Of a stretch of 64,000 nucleotides of DNA, positions 47,804 through 60,410 are shown piece by piece; the stretch's first letter is position 1, and the number at the start of each line of letters is the position of its first letter. The DNA is from the human T2T-CHM13v2.0 reference genome, Homo sapiens. The notes below the pieces were generated by a model. That model did not search any database. It had not been told where the DNA came from and saw only the letters and a list, made by a program, of their open reading frames with translations. The stretch lies in the NCBI RefSeq assembly GCF_009914755.1, contig NC_060926.1; one strand, given 5' to 3'. The position numbers and the translations under genes were made by a program.

Positions 47804-48888
47804 TATGTACTGAAAATAAATTACAGGAAATAACTTTAAAATGCAACAGAGGACAAAGTCACAATAAACATTCCCATTGAATTCCCTTGGTGGGGGGGGG
47901 GGGGGGGTGAGATTGCAGTGCTCAAGATAAATATCACAAATATATCAAAAACTTCAAATTGTCTATGCATTCACACACTGACATGAGCCACAAACATTCC
48001 TTTCACAGGGACTGTACTTATTTAGCCTACCACAGGACCAGATTTTGCCATAAACTACAAAACTTTTAATACAAAATCGTATTTATATATTTATAAGTCA
48101 TATACATGCCCTATCTGTGATTTTAGAAAATAAAAGCTACACACTGTACAGACACTCTTAACTCATAGCTGTAGGCAACATTTTTGGATGGAATTTCTTC
48201 CCCAATAAAATTAATGGCATATTTTATATACATGAAGGCTAAACTGCAAAAAGACAGTTCAGTTTCCCAGATATGCATCTCCTTTTAGGGCAAGTTTATA
48301 AATTTAAAAAGGCAAGACAAATGTACACCTCAGAATTACTTTCTTAGCTACAAGAGTTGCCATGTAATTTCTGTGAAGTTTCTGATACATGCATTTATGT
48401 AATACTGGTATTGAAGGCAGTAAAGCAATATATACTTTTAATGTAGTGGCTCAATAAAGGCTTCATTGTCTTTCCAATCTGGTTCTTGAAACAGTGATTC
48501 ATAAATTCTCTAAAAATTAAAATTTCAATGGGACACTGTGTTAAAGAGACTCTAAATAGATTTCTGAAAATATTTCCCTGAAATATCCTTTTACATAAGA
48601 CAAATTCACTAACATTAGATTAAGTAAAAAGAAATAAAAGAGTTAAACATGGCACAAAGGTGCATGATTAACCAATGCTCCTCAGTCCATCTGCATGTCT
48701 TAGGAGCCATTAAAAGAATGCTTAAAACTAACAAACAATCTTCACACTCTGTGGCAGCCATCTGTGAAGCCAGTTACACTAAACTACTTCTACAGTTGAT
48801 TGTAAACTTTGGTTTATTTTTATTTGAGTTCTCATTGTACAGCAAGCATGAAAAAAAAAGAGAGTGGAGTCCGTGAGGAGATGAACTG

Positions 48889-49008
48889 TCAGTCTGTCTT
48901 TAATCTGGCATGATGAGACACCTGGTCAGTCAGGCCTGCTTTGATAGAGTTTGTTACAGACTGCCTTATGTTTTCCTCCATCAAATTATCACCCAGGGGC
49001 TTCAATAC
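48889..49008 (-). CDS. ATL2: ATL2 canonical C-terminus via distal acceptor: [39 protein letters not shown]
   Basis: ccacag| acceptor, 39 codons plus TGA; matches recalled ATL2 isoform 1 tail. Confidence 0.92.
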
Positions 49009-49377
49009 CTGTGGTATGAGAAATGTGCAAAACAAACAAAAACATGAGGTAAAAAAAGAGTTACATATAAAAATAGATATAAAAATTCAATTCAAAGCAA
49101 TGATGAAAATAACCAGGAATATGGGAAATAAAAAGATGCTTCTCTCAAAAAAACTTATGATGCTACTAGACATTTTATAATGCAACAAAAATTACTTTCC
49201 TCTTATTCAAACCATTTACAATTCCTATGAGATGGATGTGCAATTCCATACCCTATATGCAGCATCAAATCTGGTATGTATACAGCATTTATGCAGACCG
49301 GCCCAGACGGTCCTGCTTATTGTCCTACATGTGTAAGTGTGAACACTTCAGATAGAGAAAAAGGTTAAAAATACTGT

Positions 49378-49485
49378 CTAATTTTTCTTCTTGTTATTGT
49401 TGGATGACAGTCTCTGTCGCTGTGCTGATGAAAGAGCACGGTGAACCATTCGACGTCTAGTAACTTCAAACAGTTTGGAAAACAC
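49378..49485 (-). CDS. ATL2: ATL2 alternative C-terminus via proximal acceptor: VFSKLFEVTRRRMVHRALSSAQRQRLSSNNNKKKN*
   Basis: gttttag| acceptor, 35 codons plus TAG in phase 0; ends in a KKXX motif; matches recalled ATL2 isoform 2/3 tail. Confidence 0.9.
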   Translation of the reverse strand: MFSKLFEVTRRRMVHRALSSAQRQRLSSNNNKKKN

Positions 49486-49580
49486 CTAAAACATGAAGTG
49501 ATTTGTTAGGAGAATGAATCAGAGTGCCTCGAAGCTAAAGAGTTTAAGACTACAAGAATTTGAGACTGTAGGTTTCTCAC

Positions 49581-49595
49581 CTTCCTGGGACTCCT
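49581..49595 (-). CDS. ATL2: ATL2 15-nt cassette microexon encoding RSPRK
   Basis: Long pyrimidine tract ...ttttgcttcag|AGGAGTCCCAGGAAG|gtgaga; frame-preserving. Confidence 0.88.
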
Positions 49596-51038
49596 CTGAA
49601 GCAAAAGAAAAGAGAAATGCAAAGAAATTTAGACAAGGTTTGTTGACACAGCACAGATCTCTGACTAGCTGATTACCTTACCTAAACTATACTGAAAATG
49701 ATTTTATACACTTTAGATTCTTCCATTTAATTGTTTTGTAATAATGGTACCTCCAAAATCCTAGAATCAATGCTGTTTAAGAGATGAATATTTCTCAAAA
49801 GAAGATATTGTACAATTATTGAAAATTATATTGCAGAAAATGATCCAAAATTTTAAAATAGCTAATTTTTTCTTAAAAGTGAAGTTGCGATAGCTTTGCA
49901 TCCATCTTCTATTAGAAGATATCAAAGAAACATCAAGTAGTGAGATTGAGATAAAAATTTAAATAGAATAAATATCCAAACATAAACTTCCCAATCGGAT
50001 CTGAATAGAGCATTTCTCTAAAGAGTAAACACAAAATCCAAATTAATATAGTGGGTCACTTTATAAAATAACATCATTACAAGAAAAGTCAATATCCAAT
50101 CAACTTTCTTCAAAAAAAATGGTCTGCTTCTTCGGTCTTCAAGTTTATAGCCAAAACAAACATGGACCTGCATATCCTAGATCTTCAAAATAAGCTCAAT
50201 ATTTCATGAGCCCAAAAATGGCATCTCAAATGCCTATTACAGCGTTCGTCATTAATAACCGTAGCTTTCATTCTGGTCCTTGACATGATGTTCAAGTATT
50301 TCACGAAGATCATCTTAATGACATCCATAAGCGGTCCACAGGTAATTCCAGCACACCGGAGGCAGATACACAAAATGGCTTTCCTAAGCAGATACTTGCA
50401 GGCAAGAGTTCACAGCCTGGGGCTTTGAATTCTGGTTCGAGGTAAAAGATTACGACGGAGCATGGTTCTCTGTTCATGGCGCTTTGCTTTACTAATTAAT
50501 ATTTCCAAAACACAAAGGTCAAAGTTTCCTTGGTAAGAAATCCCTACGGGATTGTTCCTCATAGTACATCAGGAAATCACTACCATCTTCATGGAAGGCA
50601 ATGAAGACCTGTCTACCATCCAGCATTTCTCCTGCATTGCTGCTTGCCAATATTAGGAAGAAACTTCTTTTGCTTTCCGAAAGCACCACTTCCAAACTTC
50701 TTTTCCTTACCTTGAAAATCATTCATTGTTTATATTTTCTTTCCTCAAAGAAAAAAATCATTACAGACTCTGACCCTGCCCACCGTCTGATACAATCAGG
50801 CCTACAACTAAGAATCTATCCAGAGGATAGTACAGATTTAGGCTAACCAAAGTACATTAAAATTATAACTTTAAAGAAAAAATCTTCAATTCATAAAGAT
50901 TCTACATCTGAACAAAACAGAAGACATCCTTTTGACATTCCTCACATGAAGGCAAAGTCGGAGTACAAATACTGCAAAGGATGGAAAGTCACAGGAAAAT
51001 AAGATTAGTCACTAAAAAACCAAAAGATAGATACCAAC

Positions 51039-51470
51039 CTGTTCCCATAGTGTTTCAGCAATCTGATCAATCACTGTTCCAATTTCTCTGAACTCCCCAG
51101 AGTATTTAACATATGCCCAAGTACAAAGAAATATCAGTGCTAACCCCATGACAAGGTTACACAAGACAGCTATAGAGTTTAGGCCAATGAAGCCAGTCAG
51201 TCCTGAGATTATATACATAGCAAACATGACCGCAAACAGTGTGGCTGGGGTACGAGCAGCATAGAAGATATTTTTGCCATCATTGTGCTTTATAAAATTT
51301 GCATAGGTTTCTTCAATTTCAGCTTCAAGCTGGTCCTGATAACGACGGCAGAACTCATCTCCACCCATCTTTTTTACTGAACGAAATTGTTTTATCGCCA
51401 CTTCCTTGAGATCCAAGTGTTTTCGCTCCAGATCTGAAGGTGCAATGTAAGGCTTGTCCCCTCCACATAC
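51039..51470 (-). CDS. ATL2: ATL2 penultimate coding exon: three-helix bundle, transmembrane hairpin and amphipathic helix (VCGGDKPY...IAETLWEQ)
   Basis: ccag| acceptor, CAG|gttgg donor, 432 nt; overlaps ORF 51012..51416 with two hydrophobic segments. Confidence 0.97.
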
Positions 51471-52150
51471 CTGGACAGACAGAATTACAGTATTACATGC
51501 TAGAAATAATTAACACTTGAAAGAAGTTCCTGTTCATAGTTTTTAGTCTCAGAAAGTCAAACCACTTACATGATTGAGTCAGTTTTAAACTCACTTACAA
51601 TACCTCACAGGTTATCATAATCTAGTTATTGTTTATATGTTGAACCTACTCAAGCAAAATCATTTTCCAAATATGACTAACGGAAACTGAAGACAAAAAA
51701 ATTTTACACTGTGCTCTGTATCTGCCTTCACTTGACCATCATATACCATAATAGCACACAAAATTGCTGGCAAGAGAACGGGTAAAAGATGATAATGCCC
51801 CAAAAAGATATTTTAATGTTTGAGCAAGCAAGTACAGAAACTGCTACTGGCCTTAAACTAATGCTACCAACATCAGAAGTCACCAATAACAGCACTCTGA
51901 ATCACACATTTGTCAGAAGATATTTCAGTAGAGTTTATATAATAATTTACTAACTCAAATTCTGCTCTCAAATAATGTGAATTATTTTCTTATAGTTTAT
52001 TTCCAGCAAAGACCATAAAGGGGAATTAGGGAATAATGTACCATAAGCTGCACAAATTCGCTCAATTATTTAAAAATTTTTTTTAATTTTTTTTTTTTTA
52101 ATTTAAAAATCTTCTCACTCCAGCATCAAATTTAAATTTTAGGTACAAAC

Positions 52151-52222
52151 CTGTTCCATACTTTTACAATAGGTATCTCTTGCTCCTGCTACTGCAGCAA
52201 GATTATTAGCTTCAGCTGTTGC
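52151..52222 (-). CDS. ATL2: ATL2 coding exon: ATAEANNLAAVAGARDTYCKSMEQ
   Basis: ttttag| acceptor, CAG|gtttg donor, 72 nt; ATAEANNL is an atlastin hallmark. Confidence 0.96.
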
Positions 52223-53166
52223 CTAAAAAATAAAATATGCCATTATTATGCAAAAAATACTCTATGACTCTAAAAATTCTGATTAACACAATAAGTTATA
52301 TACAATAAACAAGTCTGAAAATGAACCAGAGAAAGTAACTTCCAGTTTTTCTTTCCTATGCAAGGGAACGTTGGTATAAAGGATATAATGGTAAGTGGTT
52401 CTAATAGGACTGCCTGCCTGATTTTGTTTTGCTTAGGTTGATGTTAAAGTGTGTCTGCAGAAAACACCACATATGCTCAGGAAATGGATAAAGATAAATA
52501 GATATAACCCTAAAATATGTGGATCTCCAGGTGTTAGGAATCGAGAATTACCCATATGGTTCTCTCTCTCATAATCAGTATTATACAAGACATTTTCAAA
52601 CCCACAAACCTTACTGCACGAAGTTTTATCGGCAAATACTGTTTAATCTACTATAAAATGGAAAAATAGCCTAAAGTAGTAAATGTTTTAAAATATGAAT
52701 GGGGTAAAATGACACTGTCCCAAAAGACCACCATTTGAAAGACAGAAAAAGAAATGAGACTATATTCACTAGAAGTAGCTCTAAATCATTAACACCAAAT
52801 AAAAATAAGACTTATTCCAAACAACATTCATTGTCAAAGACTCAGAATAGAAGCAGCTTAGTTCAGAGAGGCCCACATCAAGCCATCTTATCAAATAGAA
52901 ATTTTCCTATACTTTGAGCATCTGAAGAGAAGGTACTGAGGACTCTTATTTCTGGTGGCCTGGACACATGGAAGGCCTACAATCTGCAGTTACAAAAAAA
53001 AAATTGTATGAAACCTTAGGACCCACGACACATACGGCCTTAAGCAAAATGTGTTTGCATGCAAAAAAGCACCCCCCATTTTCAGCATTTCTCTCTAAAG
53101 CAAAGATTTTTATTCTCCCTCATAAATAAGTATATGTACAACACATATCACTCTCTCTCTCTCTAC

Positions 53167-53223
53167 CTGAAGCATGGACTTTGGATGTGGAAGTTCTTCT
53201 CCTTGATAGATTTTGATGTAAGC
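53167..53223 (-). CDS. ATL2: ATL2 coding exon: [19 protein letters not shown]
   Basis: tttttag| acceptor, CAG|gtaga donor, 57 nt, phase 0; conserved atlastin GTPase-to-3HB linker. Confidence 0.96.
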
Positions 53224-53544
53224 CTAAAAAGGGAGAAGATTTGTTAGACTGACGGATTATGCAATTTGGCTCCACATCCCCAAAGAAAGAAAAGTCATTA
53301 AATATAAAAATAATTAACACCATTAAAAGTAAATTCTAGGCTTTAAAAATCACCTTATTCCAACAAAGTTAACCCTATTCTCAATATTATTAAATTATAT
53401 GCTGCTAAATAATATCCTAGGTATTTCTATAACAAATATAACATAAAAGTTATAACTCAAAGTTAGATATAAAATGCCATCTTCTTTATGAAAAGAAATT
53501 CACAATTACCCCCTATTGCCAGTGTTTTAATATTTTTAAAAAAC

Positions 53545-53712
53545 TTTTTTTTCTCTTTCTTTAGAGATGGGGTCTCACACTGACACTGAGGCTGGAGTGC
53601 AGTGGGATGATCACAGCTTACTGCAACCTCGAATTCCTGGGCTCAAGTGATCCTCCTGCCTCAGTTTTCCAAGTGGCTGAAACTACAAGGTGTGTGCCAC
53701 CACATCCAGCTG
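53545..53712 (-). mobile_element. Alu monomer or old right-arm fragment
   Basis: Single diverged arm. Confidence 0.8.
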
Positions 53713-53850
53713 AAGAAACAATTTTATCCAGTATTTTACTTTGACCAGCTTAAATTGTATTTCAGCTCAAGAAGGAAAAAAAAAAAAAAAACTAATTTGT
53801 GGTTTAAGAGTAAGAAGGAAAAGATAAGAGTTTGTTAGAAGTCCATATAG

Positions 53851-54180
<330 letters not shown>

Positions 54181-55915
54181 TGACAAGATTCATTCATAAC
54201 TGGGAAGGAGGCAGAGCAAGATGGCCAAATAGAAGCCTCCAGTGATCACCACCTCCAAGGAATATCAAATTGACAACTATCTACATAAAAAACCACCTTC
54301 ATAAGAACCAAAAATCAGGTGAGCAATCACAGTACCTGGTTTTAACTTCAGATCACTGAAAGAGGCACTGAAGAGGATGTGAAAAACAGTCTTGAATCAC
54401 CTACACCACCCCTCCCCCATCCTCTCAGCAGCAACCACATGGTGTGGAGAGACAATCTATGTGCTTAGGGAAGTCGAAAGCAGTGACTGTGGAATTTTTG
54501 CATTGAAACTCAGTGCTGCCCTGCCACAGTGGAAAGAACTCAGCCAGCACCCATGGAGGAAGAATTTAGACCAGCCCTAGGCAGCCAGTCCTGCCACCAT
54601 GGGCTACAGTGCTCTGAGGTCCTGAATAAACTTGAAAGGCCATCTAGGCCACAAGGACTGCAATTCCTGGGCAGGTCCTGGTGCTGGGCTGGGCTCAGAG
54701 CCAGTGGACCTGGGGTGCATATGATATAGTAAGACTCCAGCTGGGGCAGCCAAGGGACTGCTAGTGTCACTCCCCCTACACAAGCTCAGGCAGTGTAGTT
54801 CACAGCTCTGAGAGAGAGTCTTTCCTTCTGCGTGAGGAGAGGAGAGGGGAGAGTAAAGAGGACTTTGTCTTGCAATTTGGATACCAGCTCAGCCAAAGTA
54901 GAATGCGGCATAAGGCAGAGCCCTAAGGCCCCAATTTCAGTCCCCAGTTCCCAGACAAGATTTCTAAACACACCCTGGGCTGGAAGGGAACCCACTGTCT
55001 TGAGGGGTATGACCAAGTCCTGGCAGGGTTCATCACGTGCTGACTCAAGAGCCTCTGGGCTCTGAATAAGCAGTAGTGGTAGCCAGGCAGTACTCACTAT
55101 GGGCCTTGGGTGAGATTCAGAAATGTGCTGGCTTCAGGTGTGACCCAGCACATTCCCAGATGTTGTGGCTATGAGGAGAGTCTCCTGCTTGAGTAAAGGA
55201 GACAAAGGCCAGGTGTGATGGCTCACACCTGTAATCCCAGCAATTTGGGAGGCCAAGGCAGGCGGATCACCAGAGAGCATCTCTGGACCCACCCAAGGCC
55301 AGAGGGAACTTGCTAGATTTGCCACCTGCTGATTGTAGAACCTCTGGGCCTTGACTGACCACAGGCAATAACCACACAATAGTCACAATGGGCCTTGGGC
55401 AAGACCCATTGCTGTGCTGCCTTCAGGTCTGACCCAGTGAAGTCCCAGGGATGGTGGCCACAATGGTGCTTGTGTCACCCCCTCCCCCAGCTCCAGGCAG
55501 CTCAGCACAGAGACAGAGACTCCATTTGTTTGGGAGAATGTAATGGAAGAGAACAAGAGTCTCTGCCTGGTAATCCAGGGAATTCTCCTGGATCTTACCG
55601 AAGAGCACCAAGGCAGTACCTCTACAAATCTGCAAGAGCCACAGCATTATGGGCTTGAAATGTCCCTAATGCAGATACAGCTGCAGTGACCAAGATCACA
55701 ACACCCAAGTCCCTTCAAATAGTTAGAAAGCCTTCCCAAGGATGACAGGTACAAACAAGCCCAGACTGCAAAGACTATAACAAATACCTAACTCTTCAAT
55801 GTCCAGACACCAACAAATATTCACAAGCATCAAGACCATCCAAGAAAACATGACCTCACTAAACAAACTGAAATAAAGCACCAGTGACCAATCCTGGAGA
55901 GACAGAGATAACTGA

Positions 55916-56386
<471 letters not shown>

Positions 56387-56744
56387 TCAGAGCTTAACAC
56401 AAGACCTGAACAAGCAGAAGAATTAGTCAGCTTGGAGACAGGCTATTTGAAAATACACAGCTGAGACAAAAGAAAAAAGAATGAAAAAGAATGAAGCATG
56501 CCTACAAGATCTAGAAAATAGCCCCAAAAGGGCAAATCTAAGAGTTCACTGCCTTAAAGAGGAGTAGCTAAAGAGACAGCGGTAGAAAGTTTATACAAAG
56601 CAATAACAAAGAACTACCCAAACCTAGATACCAATATTTAAGAACAAAAGATTATAGAACACCAAGCAGACTTGACCCAAATAAGACTACCTCAAGACAT
56701 GTAACAAGCAAACTCCCAAAGGTCAACGGTAAAGAATGGATCCT

Positions 56745-57020
56745 GGCTGGGCGTGGTGGCTCATGCCTGTAATCCCAGCACTTTGGGAGGTCAAGGTGGG
56801 GGAACTGCCTGACCCTGGAGTTCAAGACCAGCCTGGACAACGTAGAGAAATGACGTCTCTGTTAAAAACAACAACAGGCCAGGCACAGTGGCTCACACCT
56901 GTAATCTCAGCACCTTGGCAGGCTGAGATGGGAGGATCACTTGAGGCCAGGAGTTGGAGACCAGCCTGTTAAACACAGCAAGGCCCCATTTCTATTAAAC
57001 CACCACCACAACAACAACAA
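56745..57020 (+). mobile_element. Two tandem Alu left monomers (FLAM-like)
   Basis: Two left arms; outer TSD gaatggat(c/t)ct. Confidence 0.8.
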
Positions 57021-58140
57021 GAAGCACGAATGGATTCTAAATGCATCAACAGAAAAGAAACAAACAACATACAAAAGAGTTCCAACACATCTGGGAGTAG
57101 ACTTCTCAGCGGAAACCTTACAGGCCAGGAGAGAGTAGCATGACATAAAGTGCTGAAGAAAAAAAACATTTTTCCTAGAATAGTATATCCAGTGAAAATA
57201 CTTCAAACATGAAGGAGAAATAAAGACTTCCTCAAACAAAAGCTGAGGAATTTTATCAACATCAGACCTGTCCTACAATAAATGTTAAAGAGAGTTCTTC
57301 AATCTGAAAGAAAAGGATTTTAATGAGCAATAAGAAATGATTTGAAGGTCCAAAACTCACTGGGAATAGTAAACACACAGAAAAACAGAATATTATTAAC
57401 AATAATTGTGGTGTGTAAACAACTCATATCCTGAGTAGAAAGACTAAAAGACGAACCTATAAAAAATATTAATTAACAACCACAACTTTTCCAGACATAG
57501 ACGGTATACTATCAATAGAAACAACGAAAAGTTTAAAAAGTGGGGGGATGAAGTTAAAGTGTAGAATTTTTATTAGTTTTCTCTTTCCTTGTTATTTAGT
57601 TTGTTTAGGCAATCAGTGTTATCAGTTTAAAATAAATATATTATAGTTGCAAACCTCATGGTAACCTCAAAAGACATACAACAGATACACAAAAAATAAA
57701 AAGAAATTAAAACATACCACCAGAGAAAATCACCTTCACTAAAAGGAAGACAGGCAGGTAGGAAGACCACAAAACCACCAGAAAACAGTAACAAAATGAC
57801 AGAGGTTAACTCCTTACTTATCAGTAACATTGAGTGTAAATGGGCTAAACTCTCCAATTAAAAGGCACAGAGTGGCTGAATGGGTTTTAAAAAATGGTGA
57901 TACACACTTCATCTATAAAGACACAGACTGAAAATAAAGGTATGGAAAAAGATACTCCATGCAAATGGAAACCAAAAAAAAAGAGCAGAAGAAGCTACAT
58001 TTATATCAGCCAAAGAAGGTCATTATATAATGATAAAGGGATCAATTCAGCAAGAGGATATAACAATTGTAAATATATATGCACCCAACACTGGAGCACC
58101 CAGATATATAAAGCAAGTATTATTAGAAACTAAAGAAAGA

Positions 58141-58529
<389 letters not shown>

Positions 58530-59970
58530 CTATACAAACACATGGAAATTATATTAATACAATAGGCTCTTGAATGACCACTAGATCAGTGAAGAAATTA
58601 AGAAAGAAATAAACACATTCTTGAAACAAATGAAAACGGAAACACAACATACCAAATATATGGGATACAGCGTTAAGCAGTACTAAGAAACTATATGGTA
58701 ATAAGTGCCTACATCAAAAAAGAGGAAACACTTCAAATAAACAACCTAACCATACATCTTAAAAAAACAGAAAAGGAAGAGCAAACTAAACCCAAAATTA
58801 GAAGAAGTTAGCGAAATTGAAATAAAAACAATACAAAAGATCAATGAAGCAAAAAGTTGATTTTTTAAAAAGATAAACAAAGTCAACAAACCTTTAGCCA
58901 CACTAAGAAAAAAAGAGATGACCCAAATAAATAAAATCAGAGATGAAAAAGGAGACATTGCAACTGATACCACAGAAATCCAAAGGATCATTAGAGGCTA
59001 CCATGAACAACTATATGCCAATAAATGGGAAAGCCTAGAAGAAATGTATCAATTCCTAGACATATACAACCTACCAAGATTGATCCATGAATAAATCTAA
59101 AACCCGTACAGACCAATAACAAGTAACGAGATCAAAGCCATAATAAAAAGTCTCCCAACAAAGAAAAGCCCGAAAGCTAACGGCTTCATTGCTGAATTTT
59201 ATCAAACATTTAAAGAACTAATACCAATCCTACTCAACTATTCCAAAAACCAGAGGAGGAGGGAATATTTCCAAACCAATACTACAAGGCCAGTATTACC
59301 CTGATACCAAAACCAGACAAAGACTCAGCAAAAAATTACAGGCCAATATCCCTGATGAACACTGTTGCAAAAATCCTCAACAAAATACTAGCAAACTGAA
59401 TTCAACAACACATTAAAAAGATCATTCATCATCACCTAGGGTCAGGCAGGGATGCAAGGACAGTTCAACATACACCAATCAATCAATCAATCAGTCAGTC
59501 AATGAGTGTGATACATCGTTATCACCAGAATGAAGAACAAAAACCATATGACCATTTCAATTGATGCTGAAAAAGCACTGGATAAAATTCAACATCCCTT
59601 CATGGTAAAAATCCTCAAAAGGTACAGAAGAAACAGATCTCAACATAATAAAAGCTGTATACAACAGACCCACAGCTAGTATCTTACTGAACTGGGAAAA
59701 AATTGAAAGCCTTTCCTTTAAGATCTGAAACAAAACAAGGATACCCACTTTCACCACTGCTATTCTACACAGTACTGGAAGTTGTACTTCAGTACAAACT
59801 TTGAGAAAATGACAGTGGCTTCAATAAATGGTGCTGGGAAAACTGAATATCCATATGCAGAGGAATGAAACTAGACCCCATCTCTAGCCATATACAAAAA
59901 TCAAATCAAAATGGATTAAAGACTTAAACCTAAGACCCAAACTATGAAACTACTAAAAGAACACATTGGT

Positions 59971-60410
59971 GGCCAGGTATGATGGCTCACACCTGTAATC
60001 CCAGCACTTTGGGAGGCAGATGCAGGCAGATCACCTGAGATCAGGAGTTCGAGACCAGCCTGGCCAACATGGTGAAACCCTGTCTCTACTAAAAATACAA
60101 AAATCAGCTAGGCATGGTGGCAGCTGCCTGTAATCCCAGCTACTTTTTTGATGTGCAAAACCTTTTAACTTGATAATGTGCTTGCAGGGTATTACTGAAG
60201 AAATCTTTTCCCAGAGCAATGTCCTGGAGGGTTTCCCCAGTGTTTTCTTTTCTTTTTTTTTTTGAAATGGAGCCTTGCTCTGTCGCCCAGGCTGAGGCCA
60301 GGCGAATTGCTTGAACCTGGGAGGCGGACGTTACAGCAAGCCGAGATCACGCCACTGCAGTCCAGCCTGGGTGACAGAGCAACGCTCCATTTCAAAAAGA
60401 AAAAAAGAAG
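59971..60410 (+). mobile_element. AluS interrupted by an inverted duplication (60142-60294)
   Basis: TSD-like agaa(c/a)acattgg on both sides; right arm split at cccagctact / gctgaggc. Confidence 0.9.

Noticed and set aside
48830-48891. Stop-codon readthrough at TGA-CAG of the canonical tail
   Set aside because: Not the UGA-CUAG motif; the extension is short and runs through a poly(U) tract
50185-50722. 62-aa and 67-aa minus-strand ORFs in the CpG-retaining intron block as hidden coding exons
   Set aside because: No recognisable homology and no clean in-frame splice pair; kept only as a non-coding candidate
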